The notes below the pieces were generated by a model. That model had not been told where the DNA came from and searched no databases. It worked only from the letters and a program-made list of their open reading frames with translations. 64,000 nt of DNA from Lama guanicoe (Eukaryota): positions 1,428,001 through 1,492,000 of the forward strand of contig MU053559.1 in the NCBI GenBank assembly GCA_013239625.1, given 5' to 3'. Positions 1 through 12,925 of the stretch are shown here, one piece after another. The position numbers and the translations under genes were made by a program. Each line of letters opens with the position of its first letter. Positions within the stretch are counted from its first letter, which is position 1.

Positions 1-1190
1 CTCTGGGCAAAGTCTCTGAGCCTAGCAGGAGAAGTAGGCCATAGAACAGAGGGCTCAAAATCTTCCCCCAATGGAACTGACTTCATTTTCAACAGTGCCT
101 TGGCCTAGGCTAGCATGCTGGAGAGAATCAGGGAAAGAAACAGCTGGGAAGAACCATCCTGGGGTCAGAAGAAATCTCTAATACTGATCTCAGGAATCCC
201 TTCAAAGGAGCCCTAATTTGACTAGATCAGTTTGGGGAGCAATTTGTGCCCCAGGGCATTATTAAAAACAACAATGCAATCAGCCAGCAATTAGTGGAGT
301 TCAACACTGTGAAAGAGTCAGAACGGGCCCTGCCCAAACCAGTCACCCCAGGGTGACTGTGGGCATACCAAAGGCTGCATCCCTATGAAGCAACATCGAG
401 ACTTCACACTGCAGGGCAAGGGGGGAGAGTATTAAACAGACTTCAGTAAAATAATGCAGCCAGTCACTAAAAAAGTAAACAAATAAATAACAATAAAGAG
501 CCTTGGGGGTGGTAGGTAGTACAGTAGGACTGTACTGAGTTGCTACATTATATTATATCAAAGGTTCAGTTTCCAACAAAAAATTATGAGACATACAAAG
601 AAATAGGAAAGTATGACCCATACACCGGCAAAAAAAGCAGGCACCAGAAACTGCCTGTGAGTACAACCAGATGTCAGATTTAATAGGCAAAGACTTCAAA
701 TTATCCATATAAATATGTTCCTAGAACTAAAGAAAACCATGAACCAAGAAAAAAGATGAAGAAAAATGAACGAAGCCTGAGAGTAATGTTGGACACCATT
801 AAGTACACCAACATATACGTAATGGGAGTACCAGAAAAAGAGAGAGGAAAAGCAAAAAAAAGAAATATATGTATCTTTCTTAAATGGCTGTAAACTTCCC
901 AATTTCACTGAAAACATTAATCTGTACAACCAGGAAGCTCAACAAACACCAAGTAGTTTACACTACCACCACCACCGCTACTACACCATACTACTATTTG
1001 CAAAGAGATGCACAAATAGACGATATATCATGGTCAAACTGCTGAAAGCCAGATAAGGAGAAAATCTTGAAAGCATCAAGGAGAAAATGACTCCTCACTT
1101 ATAAGGAAACCCCAGTAGGATTAACAGGTAGCTTCTCATGAGGAACAATGGAAGTTAGAAGGCAGTGAGATAATATACTCAAAGTGCTCT
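1..1190 (+). mobile_element. Old L1 (L1MC/L1MD-like) 5' UTR and decayed ORF1 fragment
   Basis: ORF1-type motifs (aacttcccaattt...caggaagctcaacaaacaccaagtag; gagaaaatcttgaaagca; aacaatggaagttagaaggcagtgag); no intact frame. Confidence 0.75.
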
Positions 1191-1376
1191 GTAGAGACGT
1201 TGGCACATATCAGTGAATGTATTAATAAGAATCATGAAATTGTACACTTTCAATGGGTGAATGGTATGGTATTTAAGTTATAGCTCAATAAAGCTATTAT
1301 TAAAAAACTAATAGGATTAGCACAAGTATCAAAATCATTAATCAATGTTCTATGTGTCCTACTGTCAAAGTCAATT

Positions 1377-1488
1377 GAATATTTCTTTTTTTAACTGCAA
1401 TATAATTAACACATAACACTGTTAGTTTCAGGTTTATAACAAAATAATTCAGTATCTGTATATATTGCAAAATGAAGAATATTTCTTT
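1377..1488 (-). mobile_element. Extreme 3' end of an L1 (about 90 bp) with target-site duplication
   Basis: 12-bp direct repeat gaatatttcttt at 1377-1388 and 1477-1488 flanks a T-tract plus reverse L1 3' terminus (tgttagtttcagg...tgtatatattgc). Confidence 0.7.
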
Positions 1489-1713
1489 CAATAGGATGTT
1501 AACCTCCCATCATATAAATTTTGGGGGCAATATTTGGCTTCCAGTGCAAAACTTAAAACGTTCACTCTTCAGAAATGCAAACAAAAACAACAATAATAAC
1601 AAAACACTTTGCATCAAAAAGTAGCATGTAGTTTAAAGTCACAATGAAGGTATAAATTTAAAAATAAAAGTAATGTATTTTCTAATTATTCCCTACTGAA
1701 CGCACAAACATAC

Positions 1714-1803
1714 CTAGAGTAGCACTTTAGTTTTCTGATATCATCGAGATGTTCCATATATGTAAACTTTCCACATAAATGGTGTGTCCAAACATTTAGA
1801 ATC
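1714..1803 (-). other. Weak candidate 90-nt exon of the minus-strand gene
   Basis: Good donor (TAG|GTATGT at 1713-1708) in non-repeat sequence; acceptor AAATAG has a poor pyrimidine tract. Confidence 0.2.
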
Positions 1804-1839
1804 CTATTTGCATTGGGAATATTTTTGAAATACCCATTT

Positions 1840-2369
1840 ACTAGTAGTCGATTGCTGCAGTAACAAGTTACCACAAACTCAGTGGCTTAAAACTACACAA
1901 ATTTATTATCTTACAGTTCAGTGAATCAGAAGTCTGACACAGGTATTACAGGGCTAAAGTCAAAATGTCAGCTGGGTTGCAGTTCTTTCTGGAGGCTCTA
2001 GGAGACAGTCTTTTCCTTGCGTTTTCCATCTTCTAGAGGTCACTCACATCCCTTGGATCCTGGCCAGCTTCCTCAGTCTTCAAAGCCAGCAACACTGCAT
2101 CTCTACAAACTCTGCTTCTGTCATCATATCTCATAATCTAACCTTTCTCTTCTGCCTCCCTCTTCCACTTTTTATTAACTTTTTATTCCACTTTTTATTA
2201 ACCCTTGTTATTGCCTCAAGCTCACCCAGAAAATCCAGGATAATGTCCCTATTTTAAAGTAAGCTGATTAGCAACCCTAATTCTCCTCTGCCATATAACT
2301 TAACAAGTTCACAGGTTCCAGGGATTAGGGTATAGCCATCTTAGGGGGACCATTATTCTGCCTACCACA
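1840..2369 (-). mobile_element. MaLR solo LTR (MLT1C/D-like)
   Basis: Reverse strand begins tgtggtaggcagaataatggtcccc; typical MLT1 body (ttaccacaaactcagtggcttaaa, ctggaggctctagg). Confidence 0.85.
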
Positions 2370-2404
2370 ACCTAATATATTTTTGCATTATTAAAAGCAA
2401 ATAC

Positions 2405-3722
2405 ACTCCCACACAAATATGCCGAACAGGTTTTTGACAAAGGTAGAAAAGTAATTCAATGGAGGAAAGATAGTCTTTTCAACAAATGGTACTAGAACAA
2501 TAGGGGGGAAAAAAACCCTCAACCTAAGTCTCATACCTTATACAAAAGTTAACTCAAAATATATCATAGGCTTAAACATAAAAGTATAAAACTTTTAGAA
2601 AAACAGAAGAAAATCTTCAGGACCTTGGGCTAAGCAAACAGTTCTTCAACTTGATACCAAAAGCATGATCTATCAAAGAAAAATTTATTTTCATCAAAAT
2701 GAAAAATTTGCTCCACAAAACTTGCACACAAAAGACTGTTAAGAATATATAAAAACAAGCTACGGAATGGGACAAAATATTTACAAACCATATATCCAAC
2801 AATGGGCTTGTATCCAGACTATATAAAGAACTCATAAACTTCAACAGTAAGGAACAAATGATTCAATCATGGGCAAAAGACCTGAACTAACATTTCACCA
2901 AAAAGCACTACAAATGACAAATAAGCACATGAAAAGATGTTTAATATCATTAGCCATCAGGGAAACAAAAATTAAAACCACAATGGCTGAAATGAAAAAT
3001 AGTGAAAACTCAAATGGTAAAAATGTGAAGAAACTGTATCACTCATACATTGCTGGTGGGAATTTATAATGGTACAGTTATTTTAGAAAACAATTTGGTT
3101 GTTCCTTTAAAAATTAAACATGCAACTACCATAGGATCCAGAAATTGCTCTCCTGGGCATTGTTTCCAGAGAAATGGAAATATATGTTCACATAAAAACC
3201 TATACACAAATGTTTATAACAGCTTTCTTCATAATAGCCAAAAACTGGAGACAACCCAGATGTCTTTCAACAGGTGAGTGGTTAAACAATCTGTGGTACA
3301 TCTGGACCATGGAAACCTACTCAGCAATAAAAAGGAACAAAGTACTGACACATGCTACGATATGTAAAACAAGTATAAAACAGGTAAAAAAAACCACTTA
3401 ATAAAAACATTATGCTCAGTGAAAGAAGTCATAAAGACTAGATCACTTTTGTATGATTACATTTATATAAGATATCCAGAGTAGGACTATCTATAGAGAC
3501 AGGAAGTAGATTAGTGGTTGCCTAGGGCTGGGAGTGGGAACATGTACTGACTGCAAATGGGCACAAAGCTGCTTTTTGGGATGACAGAAATGTTCTAAAA
3601 TTGGATAGCAGTGAGGTTGCAAAACTCTGTAAATATACTAAAACCCACTGACCTGTTTACTTAAAATGGATGAATTTTATAGTATGTCAATTATACCTCA
3701 ATAAAACTTTAAGAAACCTTAA
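2405..3722 (+). mobile_element. Old L1 ORF2 C-terminal remnants and 3' UTRs (L1MC/MD- then L1MB-like)
   Basis: ORF fragments NKHMKRCLISLAIRE and FIIAKNWRQPRCLSTGEWLNNLWYIWTME are L1 ORF2 C-terminus; ends ttatacctcaataaa. Confidence 0.85.
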
Positions 3723-4117
3723 AAAATTATTGTGACATTTTACCAATGAGAAATTTTTAAGTAGAGTCAAGAATAGTAGCAATAGAAAACTTCTGTGTCT
3801 ACTGAACATAACCTCCATATGAATAACTCATACTGGGACTGAAGGCAGCAAATGCCATACTTTTACTCTCTAAACACTCTCAATGAAGAAAGCTAACTGA
3901 GCATGGCCCCTCTCTCTTCACTGTTTTGAAAGTTTCAGGATACCTAAGACTTCTTATGAGCTAGATACTCCTCCTATCTGAAGTTCTGGTCTTATGTGTC
4001 TCCATTTTCTATGATATTCTTTCCCTCAGATGAGCTACCAAACTGCTCATGACTGAAGGAGGTGCAGATATTTAAGAATCTGAAAAATCTGGCATTTAAA
4101 AAAAATTAAAAAAAAAC

Positions 4118-4237
4118 TTTTTGGGGGTAATTAGGTTCATCTACTTATTTATTACTTATGGTGGAGGTACCAGGGATTGAACCCAGGACCTCGTGCATGC
4201 TAGGCATGTACCCTACCACTGAGCTATACCCTCCCCT
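4118..4237 (-). mobile_element. Vic-1-like tRNA-derived SINE (camelid)
   Basis: Reverse strand gaggggagggtatagctcagtggtag...gcacgaggtcctgggttcaatccc (A and B boxes) followed by the cctaattacccc tail. Confidence 0.85.
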
Positions 4238-4310
4238 CTTGGTGTTTTTCAAATGACTGCAGTAACCATCATTTTTTTTATAGATGGAAACCAAAAAAAA
4301 ATCTTGTAAT

Positions 4311-4569
4311 AACAGTAAACAGTATGTTCATGTATAACTGAAAAATTGTGCTCTACACTGGAAATTGACACAACACTGTAAAATGACTATAACGCAATAA
4401 AAAATGTAAAAAAAAAAGGCTTCAGCCATCTAGATGAGTTAATGTAACTTATCCCAACAGTTATTTGTAAACCAGTGACTTTCATATTGTACCTGATTCA
4501 TGACTAAAGTTTTAAATATAAACTATGGGAGCTCCAAAACAAAACAAAACAAAACAAAACAGTAAACAG
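4311..4569 (+). mobile_element. Camelid-type L1 3' end plus about 120 bp of extra sequence and an (AAAAC)n tail inside one TSD
   Basis: TSD aacagtaaacag at 4311-4322 and 4558-4569; 4323-4417 matches the L1 terminus seen at 22346-22440 and 30940-31020. Confidence 0.8.
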
Positions 4570-4691
4570 CCTAGGAAACAGATTACCTAATACCAGTAAC
4601 ACCAGTCCTGGTAACTAGGTTGCTAATAATCTTTAGAAAAGAAAACAAAGCAAGCAAATTTTGGGGTCTGGGCTGTTAAAAGTCCACTGAC

Positions 4692-4730
4692 CTATCTGTA
4701 CATTTCTGTGACAGTCTTCTGTTTTAATTA
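4692..4730 (-). other. Candidate 39-nt microexon (probably 5' UTR)
   Basis: Strong acceptor ttatttttctttgtcatttttctgtAG| and donor TAG|GTCAGT on the same strand as the CpG-island exon. Confidence 0.5.
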
Positions 4731-5004
4731 CTACAGAAAAATGACAAAGAAAAATAAGTATCAGCAGGATTATTCCATGATGGTAAATCTTTGAATCTGT
4801 CTTTATTACTTCTAATCACAACAACAGTCCTATAAATATCATGAACAGACATTTGACAGATGAGGACATCAGGGCTCCAAAATGTTTTAATGACATACTT
4901 GGGGCTACACGGCCACCAGAGGGCAGAGCTGGAAGGAATATGGGGAATGGGCACTACAAGCCGACCCTGAGATCTGAGGCAGGCGGAAAAAAAAAAAGGG
5001 ATGC

Positions 5005-5515
5005 TGCTCCTTCCAAGCCCAGCCTCCTCAGCAAGGCCTTCAAGGCCCACAGCATTCTGGCTCCAATTTGTCAGGCCTCATCAGCTGCTGCTCCCTTGCC
5101 TCCTACACATTCTATGCCCCAAGTGATTCCATGAAGAAACAGGATTCCATCTTGTACCACACTTGTCGGCCTTTGCACAGGGCTCTTTCAGCCGCCTACA
5201 GTTCCCTCCCTGTTTACCCGGACCACTTACTTCCCCCTAACCTGGTCCTACCCATTTGCTGGATTTCCTTCGTGGGGCTTCTCAGATATGCCTCTCCCAC
5301 AATTATTCACTCCTTTGCTTTCTACTCAAGTCTCTGAACATGCTTCTGTCCATGTAAAAAGCACTTCACTTGCATCGTAAAATATTCTTTTTTACATAGT
5401 CAGCCCTGCCACAAGACCACAACCATCTTCAAAGCAGGAACTATGTCATATTCATCTCTTACCCCTCAGGTCTCAGTACAGTGTCTTACACAGAGTAAAC
5501 ATGCAAAAAAGTTAA
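5005..5515 (+). mobile_element. L2 3' fragment
   Basis: ctcctcagcaaggccttcaaggccc; gcaggaactatgtc...agtacagtgtcttacacagagtaaac resemble the L2 3' end. Confidence 0.6.
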
Positions 5516-5521
5516 TAGAAG

Positions 5522-5876
5522 CTGTGGTGCCCTGCCTAGACCCCCTTTACTAGCTAGCACACCCATCTCCCAGCTCCTGCCTGTTGGCTGCTAATGGCTC
5601 ACAGCTGTCCCCTTCCCCAAGGGCTGGAGTCCTGCCAGGGAGATTATACTCTCCCTGCCTCCCTCCCGGGGCAGCCAGCAACCAATAATTGCTCTACATC
5701 ACCCACCCGCCCCCAACCAAAACAGGCTAAGGTTGGATTTTCCTAAGACCAGCTCCTTCCTCTTCCCTACCCTCTTGTCTTCGCTCCATTACACGTTTCT
5801 CCTGAGCACTTCCTCAACAAATCACGTACGTAAAAATACTATCTTGTGTTCTGCTTCTAGGCACCCCTATTTAAGG
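5522..5876 (+). mobile_element. ERVL solo LTR (LTR16-like)
   Basis: Starts tgtggtgccctgcctagacccccttt; ends gagcacttcctcaacaaatcacgt...tctgcttctagg. Confidence 0.65.
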
Positions 5877-6579
5877 TGAATCTTCACTGGCTGGTACACT
5901 TTAAAAAGTACTTTAGAATAAAATTTTTTGTTAAGCAAAACCATAGTAAGTATAGCGCAACCTTGTAGTAACTTCGTGATGTGCTTCAGTGTCTTACATT
6001 TGGATATACATTTCTTTATTTTCTAGTCCTCTATTCAGAGCGCAGACTTTATAAAGTCATTCTTTTCTTTCACACCTCCCACAATGAGTATTCTTTTGTT
6101 TTGGCAGAAATGAAATGTGCACCAGCCCTCACCTTGCACCCCTGAGAACAGTAATTTGATGGCAGTTTTCAAATTTTATTCCTACTATAATCTCAACCAA
6201 AATGATTAACAGCATGCTGATTTATCTTAACAGTGACTGTAAGCCAGACAAAATATAAATGTATAAAGTAAGTGCCTTCCTTGGGTGAAACTCCCTCTTA
6301 AAGAAGTACTGTCTGGAAGTCAACCCAACTAGGATTATTTGGGACTGGAATCTAAGTCTGTGGTTTGGTGGCTACTTGACTCCCCATTAATATTCCCACA
6401 GGAGAGCAGGCAGGCAGGAAAAGTGATTAATTCAAACACAGCCTTTCCTTTCCTTCTATACGCCCACAAGACACACTTCTGAAACGCATGGTCAGTGCAG
6501 GGAGCTGCTATTCACTGCCATCAGTGGGGCCATGCAGCAGCTTAAAAATAATCTAAGGCTCTACTTTAAACACATTCAC

Positions 6580-7255
6580 ACCCTTTGACCCAGGAATTAT
6601 ATTTCCAACGTTCACCTTTGAAAAATAATCGAGAATAACCAACTATTTTAAAAAGTATTTAAACATTTATAAGGCAGTTGGAGAAATTTAAACACTAAGC
6701 TATATACTTGATATTAAAGGATGACTGTTCATTTTTTTTAGATGTGATCATGGTATTATGGTTATGTTTTTTTAAAGAGTGCTTATCTTGTTGAGCTACT
6801 TACTGAAGTACTTATGGATGAAACAGGATAGTGTCTGGGATCTGCTTAAAAATAATCTGTTAATGGTAAAGTTGAAAAAAAGAAAAATAATCCAAAACAC
6901 AGAAAATAATTTATGAACAAAAGTATTCATTAAAATTCCCTAATAAAAATAATAAATGAAACCTAGATATCAAACAAAAGAGGAATAATTAAAGTATATT
7001 AGTATTATGGTATTTCATTCAATCATTTAAACATGGTATACAGGGAAACGTTTATATTAAAATGTTGAGTGGAAAAAACAGTATAAAAATTGGTTAATGA
7101 GATTGAATCTAAGAAATAAAATACATAGAAAATAGATGAAGGCCATAAACCAATCTAATAATATTAGTTGCATTAGTAACATTGAAGTAATGGATATCTG
7201 AGCGATAAAAACATTCTTTCCAATTTTTTCCATTCTCCACATTTTACAGTACACA
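6580..7255 (+). mobile_element. Old L1 3' UTR fragments (L1MC4/L1ME-like)
   Basis: gatgtgatcatggtattatggttatg...tgtctgggatctgcttaaaaataatc motif typical of the L1MC4 3' end. Confidence 0.6.
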
Positions 7256-7515
7256 CACAGGACATTTATAATTAGACAAAACTTCTATGATTTCAAGGTA
7301 TTTGTCCTCCATGTCACCCACAAATGATGCAGCTGACTTGAAAAACTGAAACTACAAAAGTAGTTGTCACTGTCATTCAAGATGGACATCAACTAGAACT
7401 GGAAAAAATCCAGAAAAGCACAATACAATCAATTGGATAGAGAAGCCTCCATATTATAAAGTTAGTCCAAAAAAAACACAAAACATTACAGTTTGGAAAA
7501 GACAAATATCTAAAA

Positions 7516-7706
7516 CAATGGTTCCCAACTGAAGGCAATTTTGTTCCCAGGGGACACAAGGCAATATCTGGAGGCATTCTTGGTTGTCACAACTGCGAAA
7601 GGGTGGTGTTACTGATGTCTAGGGGGGTAGAGGTCAGGAAAGCTGCTAAACATCCTACATTTATCCGGCCCAAAATGTCAATACTGCCAAGGTTGAGGAA
7701 TCTTGC
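7516..7706. mobile_element. MER20 hAT-Charlie DNA transposon
   Basis: caatggttcccaac...ggcaatatctggaggcattcttggttgtcacaact...ggcccaaaatgtcaatactgccaaggttgaggaa. Confidence 0.85.
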
Positions 7707-8903
7707 TCTAAAAGAATGAAGCAAAAATCGATAAGAATCAAGAAGAGTGTAGAAATGATTTACCTTAGTCACCTAATCACAGACTTAAAGTAACAAGAGG
7801 CACTCCCTGTAACCTAAAAGCAATTTTATCAAAAAGAAAACAGGACTTTGAGCAATGCTTAGGGAACTTAGAGAACTCATCAGCTCAAGTGGAACAGAAT
7901 GAAAATGTAAACAGGTTCAAGAAGGACTGAGATAAAATCAGGGAGGATAAATCCATGATGGTATTTGGAAGCAATCCTTAAGTAAAGAAGCATCTGAAAG
8001 TCCAGCTCCCTTAGGCTTTCGGGAAAATATCCTTCAGAGCCACGAACAGAGACAGAAGTTTGAGTTAGGCCACTGGTCAGACCAGAGCAGCACACTTCTT
8101 TTATCCTTAAGGATCAATTCCTGCCTATGTGGGCAAAGAAACTCCCAAACTATTCCTTAAATGGAAATCATGAATACCATATATGTGTTTCTCAAGCTGA
8201 TTATCTCTGCTTTGGGGTAAACAATACTTACCCTCTCCACACCAACACCATCTGAGTCCACTGCTATGCTTTAACTCAGAATTCTCCCCTCTGTACAAAA
8301 CAACTCAATCTATCACTGTTTCAGTGTTCTGGAAAGAAAGCTTCTCTTAGAGCATGTCTCTCAAATATGTTTCATCTCTGCCACACTTCAGTTAGTGAGG
8401 GACTAAAACCATAAATATCTGAGCAAACAAAAAAAATCATTGGAAGAAAAAGAACAACACAGCCTACATATTTCACTGCTTCTCTTTACTTTCAATAAAT
8501 CTTTGTTAAAAAAGAAAAGAGAGAGAGATACCAGAAGTTGGAGTTGACGAACTTTTCTGTACTTTCTAAAAGAAGACTATTTTCATCTCAGTCATTTTAA
8601 ACTTTGTTTTAAAAAATTAAGACACATCATGTGACTCATGAGTCCCCTGTGACCAGACAAGGAGTCTGGAAGTCAACTCTTTTTCAAAGCCCTCAAAATG
8701 CATTAAAGAAAGAAGAAAACACAAATTTACCTAGGTAGGTTCCTGCCACTCAGTCAAGTATTTCTGTGTCAACCACAGTTACCCTTTTGCCAGGAAGTAG
8801 GCTTACCTCCTTTAATACATTAACAAATTATTTGGGAATTTCAAATGCTCTGAGTACAAATCATCTTGCATGGGAAGGCCAGGTTTGGGAAGGGAGTTTA
8901 AAT

Positions 8904-9213
8904 CAGGGTTCAGCAAACTTTTTCTGTAAAGGACCAAGTAGCAAATATTTATGGTCTCTGTGGCAATTATTCAAATCTGCTACTGTAGAATGAAAGCAGC
9001 CACAGACAGTACATAAACAAATGAGCATGGCTCTGTTCCAATAAAACTTTATTATGCTAAAATTTGAATTTCATATGATTTTCACATGTCATGAAATATT
9101 ATTCTTCATTTTTCAACCATTTAAAAATGTAAAAACCATTCTTAGCTCACAGGCCATACAGAAACAGGTGGCAGGCCAGATCTGGCTCACAGACCGTAGC
9201 TTTTCAACCTCTG
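8904..9213. mobile_element. MER58B-like hAT-Charlie MITE
   Basis: cagggttcagcaaactttttctgtaaagg...ctgttccaataaaactttatt...caacctctg. Confidence 0.85.
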
Positions 9214-10437
9214 GTCTAAACTAAAAGGAACTTCTTTTAGTGAAAGAAAGGACACTGAGAATGGGAAGCCTACAGTTGAATTATCACTCTCCTAACACCA
9301 TCCCCTCCTTCCCAATCTCTCAGCCTACTTTTTGGCTGATACAGACCTCGCTGGAAGGTTTCAGCTTGGGTGGCCTATTCTGTGATGTTATCTTGACAGA
9401 TTTTAATGGTCTTAGCCTCTTTCTAAATTAAAATCTGTTTTACGCCTCTTAAGGAAAAAGGCCCAGTTCCAATAACTTTTTAAGAATTAGCAGTACATTT
9501 TCTTTTTAATTTATGCACATATATTCAGCAATTTCAACTATCCAGATAAATAAGTAGATTTGACATCTTAAAAATAAAGAGATGTATGTATAAAACATAA
9601 ATCTTTTTCAGATAAAATATCTTTGCAAATAAGACCTCTTAAGAGTAAAGTAAACCAACAATAACTTTTGCTACAAAATACGTAATTTTCTCCAGATAGA
9701 AACTCAAACAATTTTTTAAAATAAGGATTTCCATTATGTCTTATTTCATGCTGTGAGCTGCTTCCACACTGAAACTTAGTCACATGTACCTCTAATACAT
9801 TTACAATAATATCTACTTGATTTTAAGTGATCATCAGAATTTATTAGAAGGATAAATACCTCTGTCCCAGGTTTTAGAAACAATAACAGGCATGTAAGCC
9901 TCACATATAAGGTCAAACAAACAGAAACAATCCCAAACTTACTGAGGAAGTTCAAATCCACCGCACATCAACTGTTAATACTGTGTTAATATGGGGCAGG
10001 CATAGCACTGGCCACCAGAACAGAAAAACCAAGTCCTTCGGCTTCCTCAGAGCCAGGGTCACAGGATCAGGTGCACTAGACACACTGTTTCTATGGCTTG
10101 GGTGATCACAGCCTAAAGCTGGTGACCAATGATGTGTGACAAACCAATCAGAAGGGGGTTTCAGGGTTAATCCCAAATCAATCAAGGTGGTGTGGGTGTG
10201 AAGTGGAGGTGGGGGGGCTGCTGTTAAACATTCACTTCCGGTCAGGGCTATACCCATGGCAAAGGAGCAGTCAGGCAGGGAAGTTACCATACAAGGGAAA
10301 GGGTAAGTACTGACTTTGAGGGCAACAGAAAGTGAGGGAAAAGGAAATGGCTACAAATTTCCCTCAGGAGAAATGAAAGGGCCAGGCCACTGATGTCAAC
10401 ATAGGTTAAACCCTCAGAAAATGTAGCTGGCCTCCCC

Positions 10438-10537
10438 AGCAGAGGTTCTCAAACCCCATTACACATTGGAATCATCTGGGAAGCTTGTACGAATCCCAAT
10501 TCCCAAACTGCACCCATTACCAATTAAGTCAGAATCT
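10438..10537. mobile_element. MER5A fragment
   Basis: cagaggttctcaaac...cattggaatcatctgggaagctt...ccaattaagtcagaatct. Confidence 0.65.
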
Positions 10538-11395
10538 TTCTTTTCAAAGAACCAGCTTTTGGATTCTTTGTTTTTCTCTATTGTTTTTGTTTTCAACTAC
10601 ATTAACTTTTCTTTTCTTTATTATTTTCTTCCTCCAACTTGCTCTTGTTCTTTATTTCCTTCCTCCATTTTGTTCTTTTTTCTGTTTTCTCAAGGTGGAA
10701 GCTTAGATTATTCATTTGCGACTTTTCATCTATTCCTCATATAAGCATTTAGTGCTATAAATTTCTCAGCACTGATTAAGCTACAACCTACAAGTTTTGA
10801 TATGCTGTACTTTCATTTTCATTCAGGTCAATGTGTTTTTTTTTTAATTTCCCTTGAGACCTCCTCCTTGACCCATGGATTAATGAGAAGTGTGTTGTTT
10901 AGTTTCCAAGTGTTTGGAGATTTTTCCTGTAGTCTGTTTTTGATTTCTAGTTGGATTCCATTTTGGTCAGAGAATATACTCTGTATGATTTCAATTCTTT
11001 TATATTTTATTGGGGTTTGTTTTATGACCTGGGATACAGTCTATATTGGTGAATGTTACGTGTGTACCTGGAAAGTAAGTACATATAAAGCTGTTGAAGT
11101 TCCCAACTATAACCGTGAATTTATCCATTTCTCAATTCAGCTATGTTGTTTTGCTTCATGTACTTTGAAGCTCTGTTGTTTGTTGCATACACATTTAAGA
11201 TTACTGTGTCTCCTGGGCGGACTGATCTTTGGAATCATTATGTAGTGCTCCCCTTCGTCTTTGGTAATTTTCTTTGCTCTGATGTCTGATTTATCCGATA
11301 TTAGTATAGCCACTCCAGCTATCTATTGATTGGCATGGTATGTCTTTTTTCCATCCATTTGATTTTAAACTACGTATACCATTACATTTAATTGT
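10538..11395 (-). mobile_element. Old L1 ORF2 (endonuclease region) fragment
   Basis: Reverse-strand L1 ORF2 sequence (ggtcagagaatatactctgtatgatttcaattc; ccttgagacctcctccttgaccc). Confidence 0.8.
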
Positions 11396-12794
11396 AACCG
11401 AGTGAAATGTGTCTACTCCATCTTGTCTAGAACAGGAAATTTGCTCTCTGTATTATTTTTACAACTCCTCTCTAAATTTAGACATATTATCTCAAAATCT
11501 CTTATTTAAAAATAAAAAATTAATTTATTTTATTAAAAATCTTTTATTAAAATTCAAAAATAAATAACTGTTAAGAAAGTGAGTATGTAATAAAAGAGCA
11601 TTTTATTCCTGTTCCTAACATGTTTGGAGAGTATTAAACTGAGGAAGGAAAAGAATCAACCTGCGGTTGTGTGAGATTTTCACTTACTATACTCTCCCAG
11701 AGCAAGGAAACAAACAGGCTAAGAAACAGGCAAAATTTACAGACCTGGGGGTAACTGGGAGGCCCTATCTGTGGGCCATAAGATGGGAAGTCAGTTGGTA
11801 ACAAGGATGCATATAGTTGTCCTTAAAATATAAATATTCACCACATCTGGTGCTTTCTTTGGGGATGGAGAGCTGCTTTTCTGGTACTTGCATTTTCTAG
11901 TTTCCCTGTATGGATTTTAGTTATTTTACTACTTATTAGCATTTTTAAAGTTTAACAGAGAGAATTTTAAAATGTATAACTTGAGAAGGAATAAAACTCT
12001 AATTAGTTTTACCACTTATTAGTTCTGTAAAAGAAATGTGAGAAAGTTGGAAGGTACTGATTAAAATGTGGCTTTCTGAGAATTGTTGAGGCCAGTAATT
12101 TATGCTGTTCATGCTTCAGTACCCCAGGAAGCCAGATTTGGATACAGATAAGTAGTCATTTGAGACAAACAGCAAAGTTTACCCCTGAATTGTTTTAAAT
12201 GCTACCCGAAAGGACCACTAAAAGATCTAAGATGAGAACTAGAGAGCATAGATGAAAACTAATTATCTCCTCTTGGCCCTAGAAAACCAAACTGCTATGT
12301 AAACTAAAAGCATCCATATAAGAATATGAACCACAGAGAAAAGGAAACAAATTTTTCTTCTCTATCCATTGCTCCTATAATCTCAGTGCTATTTTAATTA
12401 TTCCAAGTAACAGTGTTTTACACAAATGATGAACAGATAAAAAAACAAAGTTCTCAAAAATTTGAAATAAAGACTCTGTTGTGATGTGTGGAAAGTGACT
12501 ACCTTGTCAAAAATAACTGTGAATCCAGATAATGGTTGACTGTTATAGTGACAAAACTTTCCTGAACATGGAACCTCAGTATTTTCTTATCTGGGAACCC
12601 GCAGTTTAATTTCATCCTTCAAGATCAAAGGCACATAAATTAACTTGGTCCATTGATTTGAAGTTGCCAAGCAAGACAAGTCCACAGAATAATTCATTAG
12701 TTTATAATGCTTAAAACAACTTTCAACAAACTGTCGAGAATTGAACAGAGACTAAAACACTCAAAGACACTATCTTTCTACATAACTGACTAGA

Positions 12795-12925
12795 GAACAT
12801 CTAACCTCTCTTGACCACTCCAGTAATGGGGAGCAACTATCTAACAAGGCAATCCATCTCAATTTTTAGACAGCTCTAAACGAAGAAGTAATTTTCTATG
12901 ACTAGAAAAAAAATCTGCCTTTATA
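12795..12925 (-). mobile_element. L3/CR1 fragment
   Basis: ctcttgaccactccagtaatggggagcaactatc...ggcaatccat...gacagctctaa. Confidence 0.5.

Noticed and set aside
8632..8644. AP-1 site within the palindrome gactcatgagtc
   Set aside because: A single short motif without supporting context; expected by chance in 64 kb.
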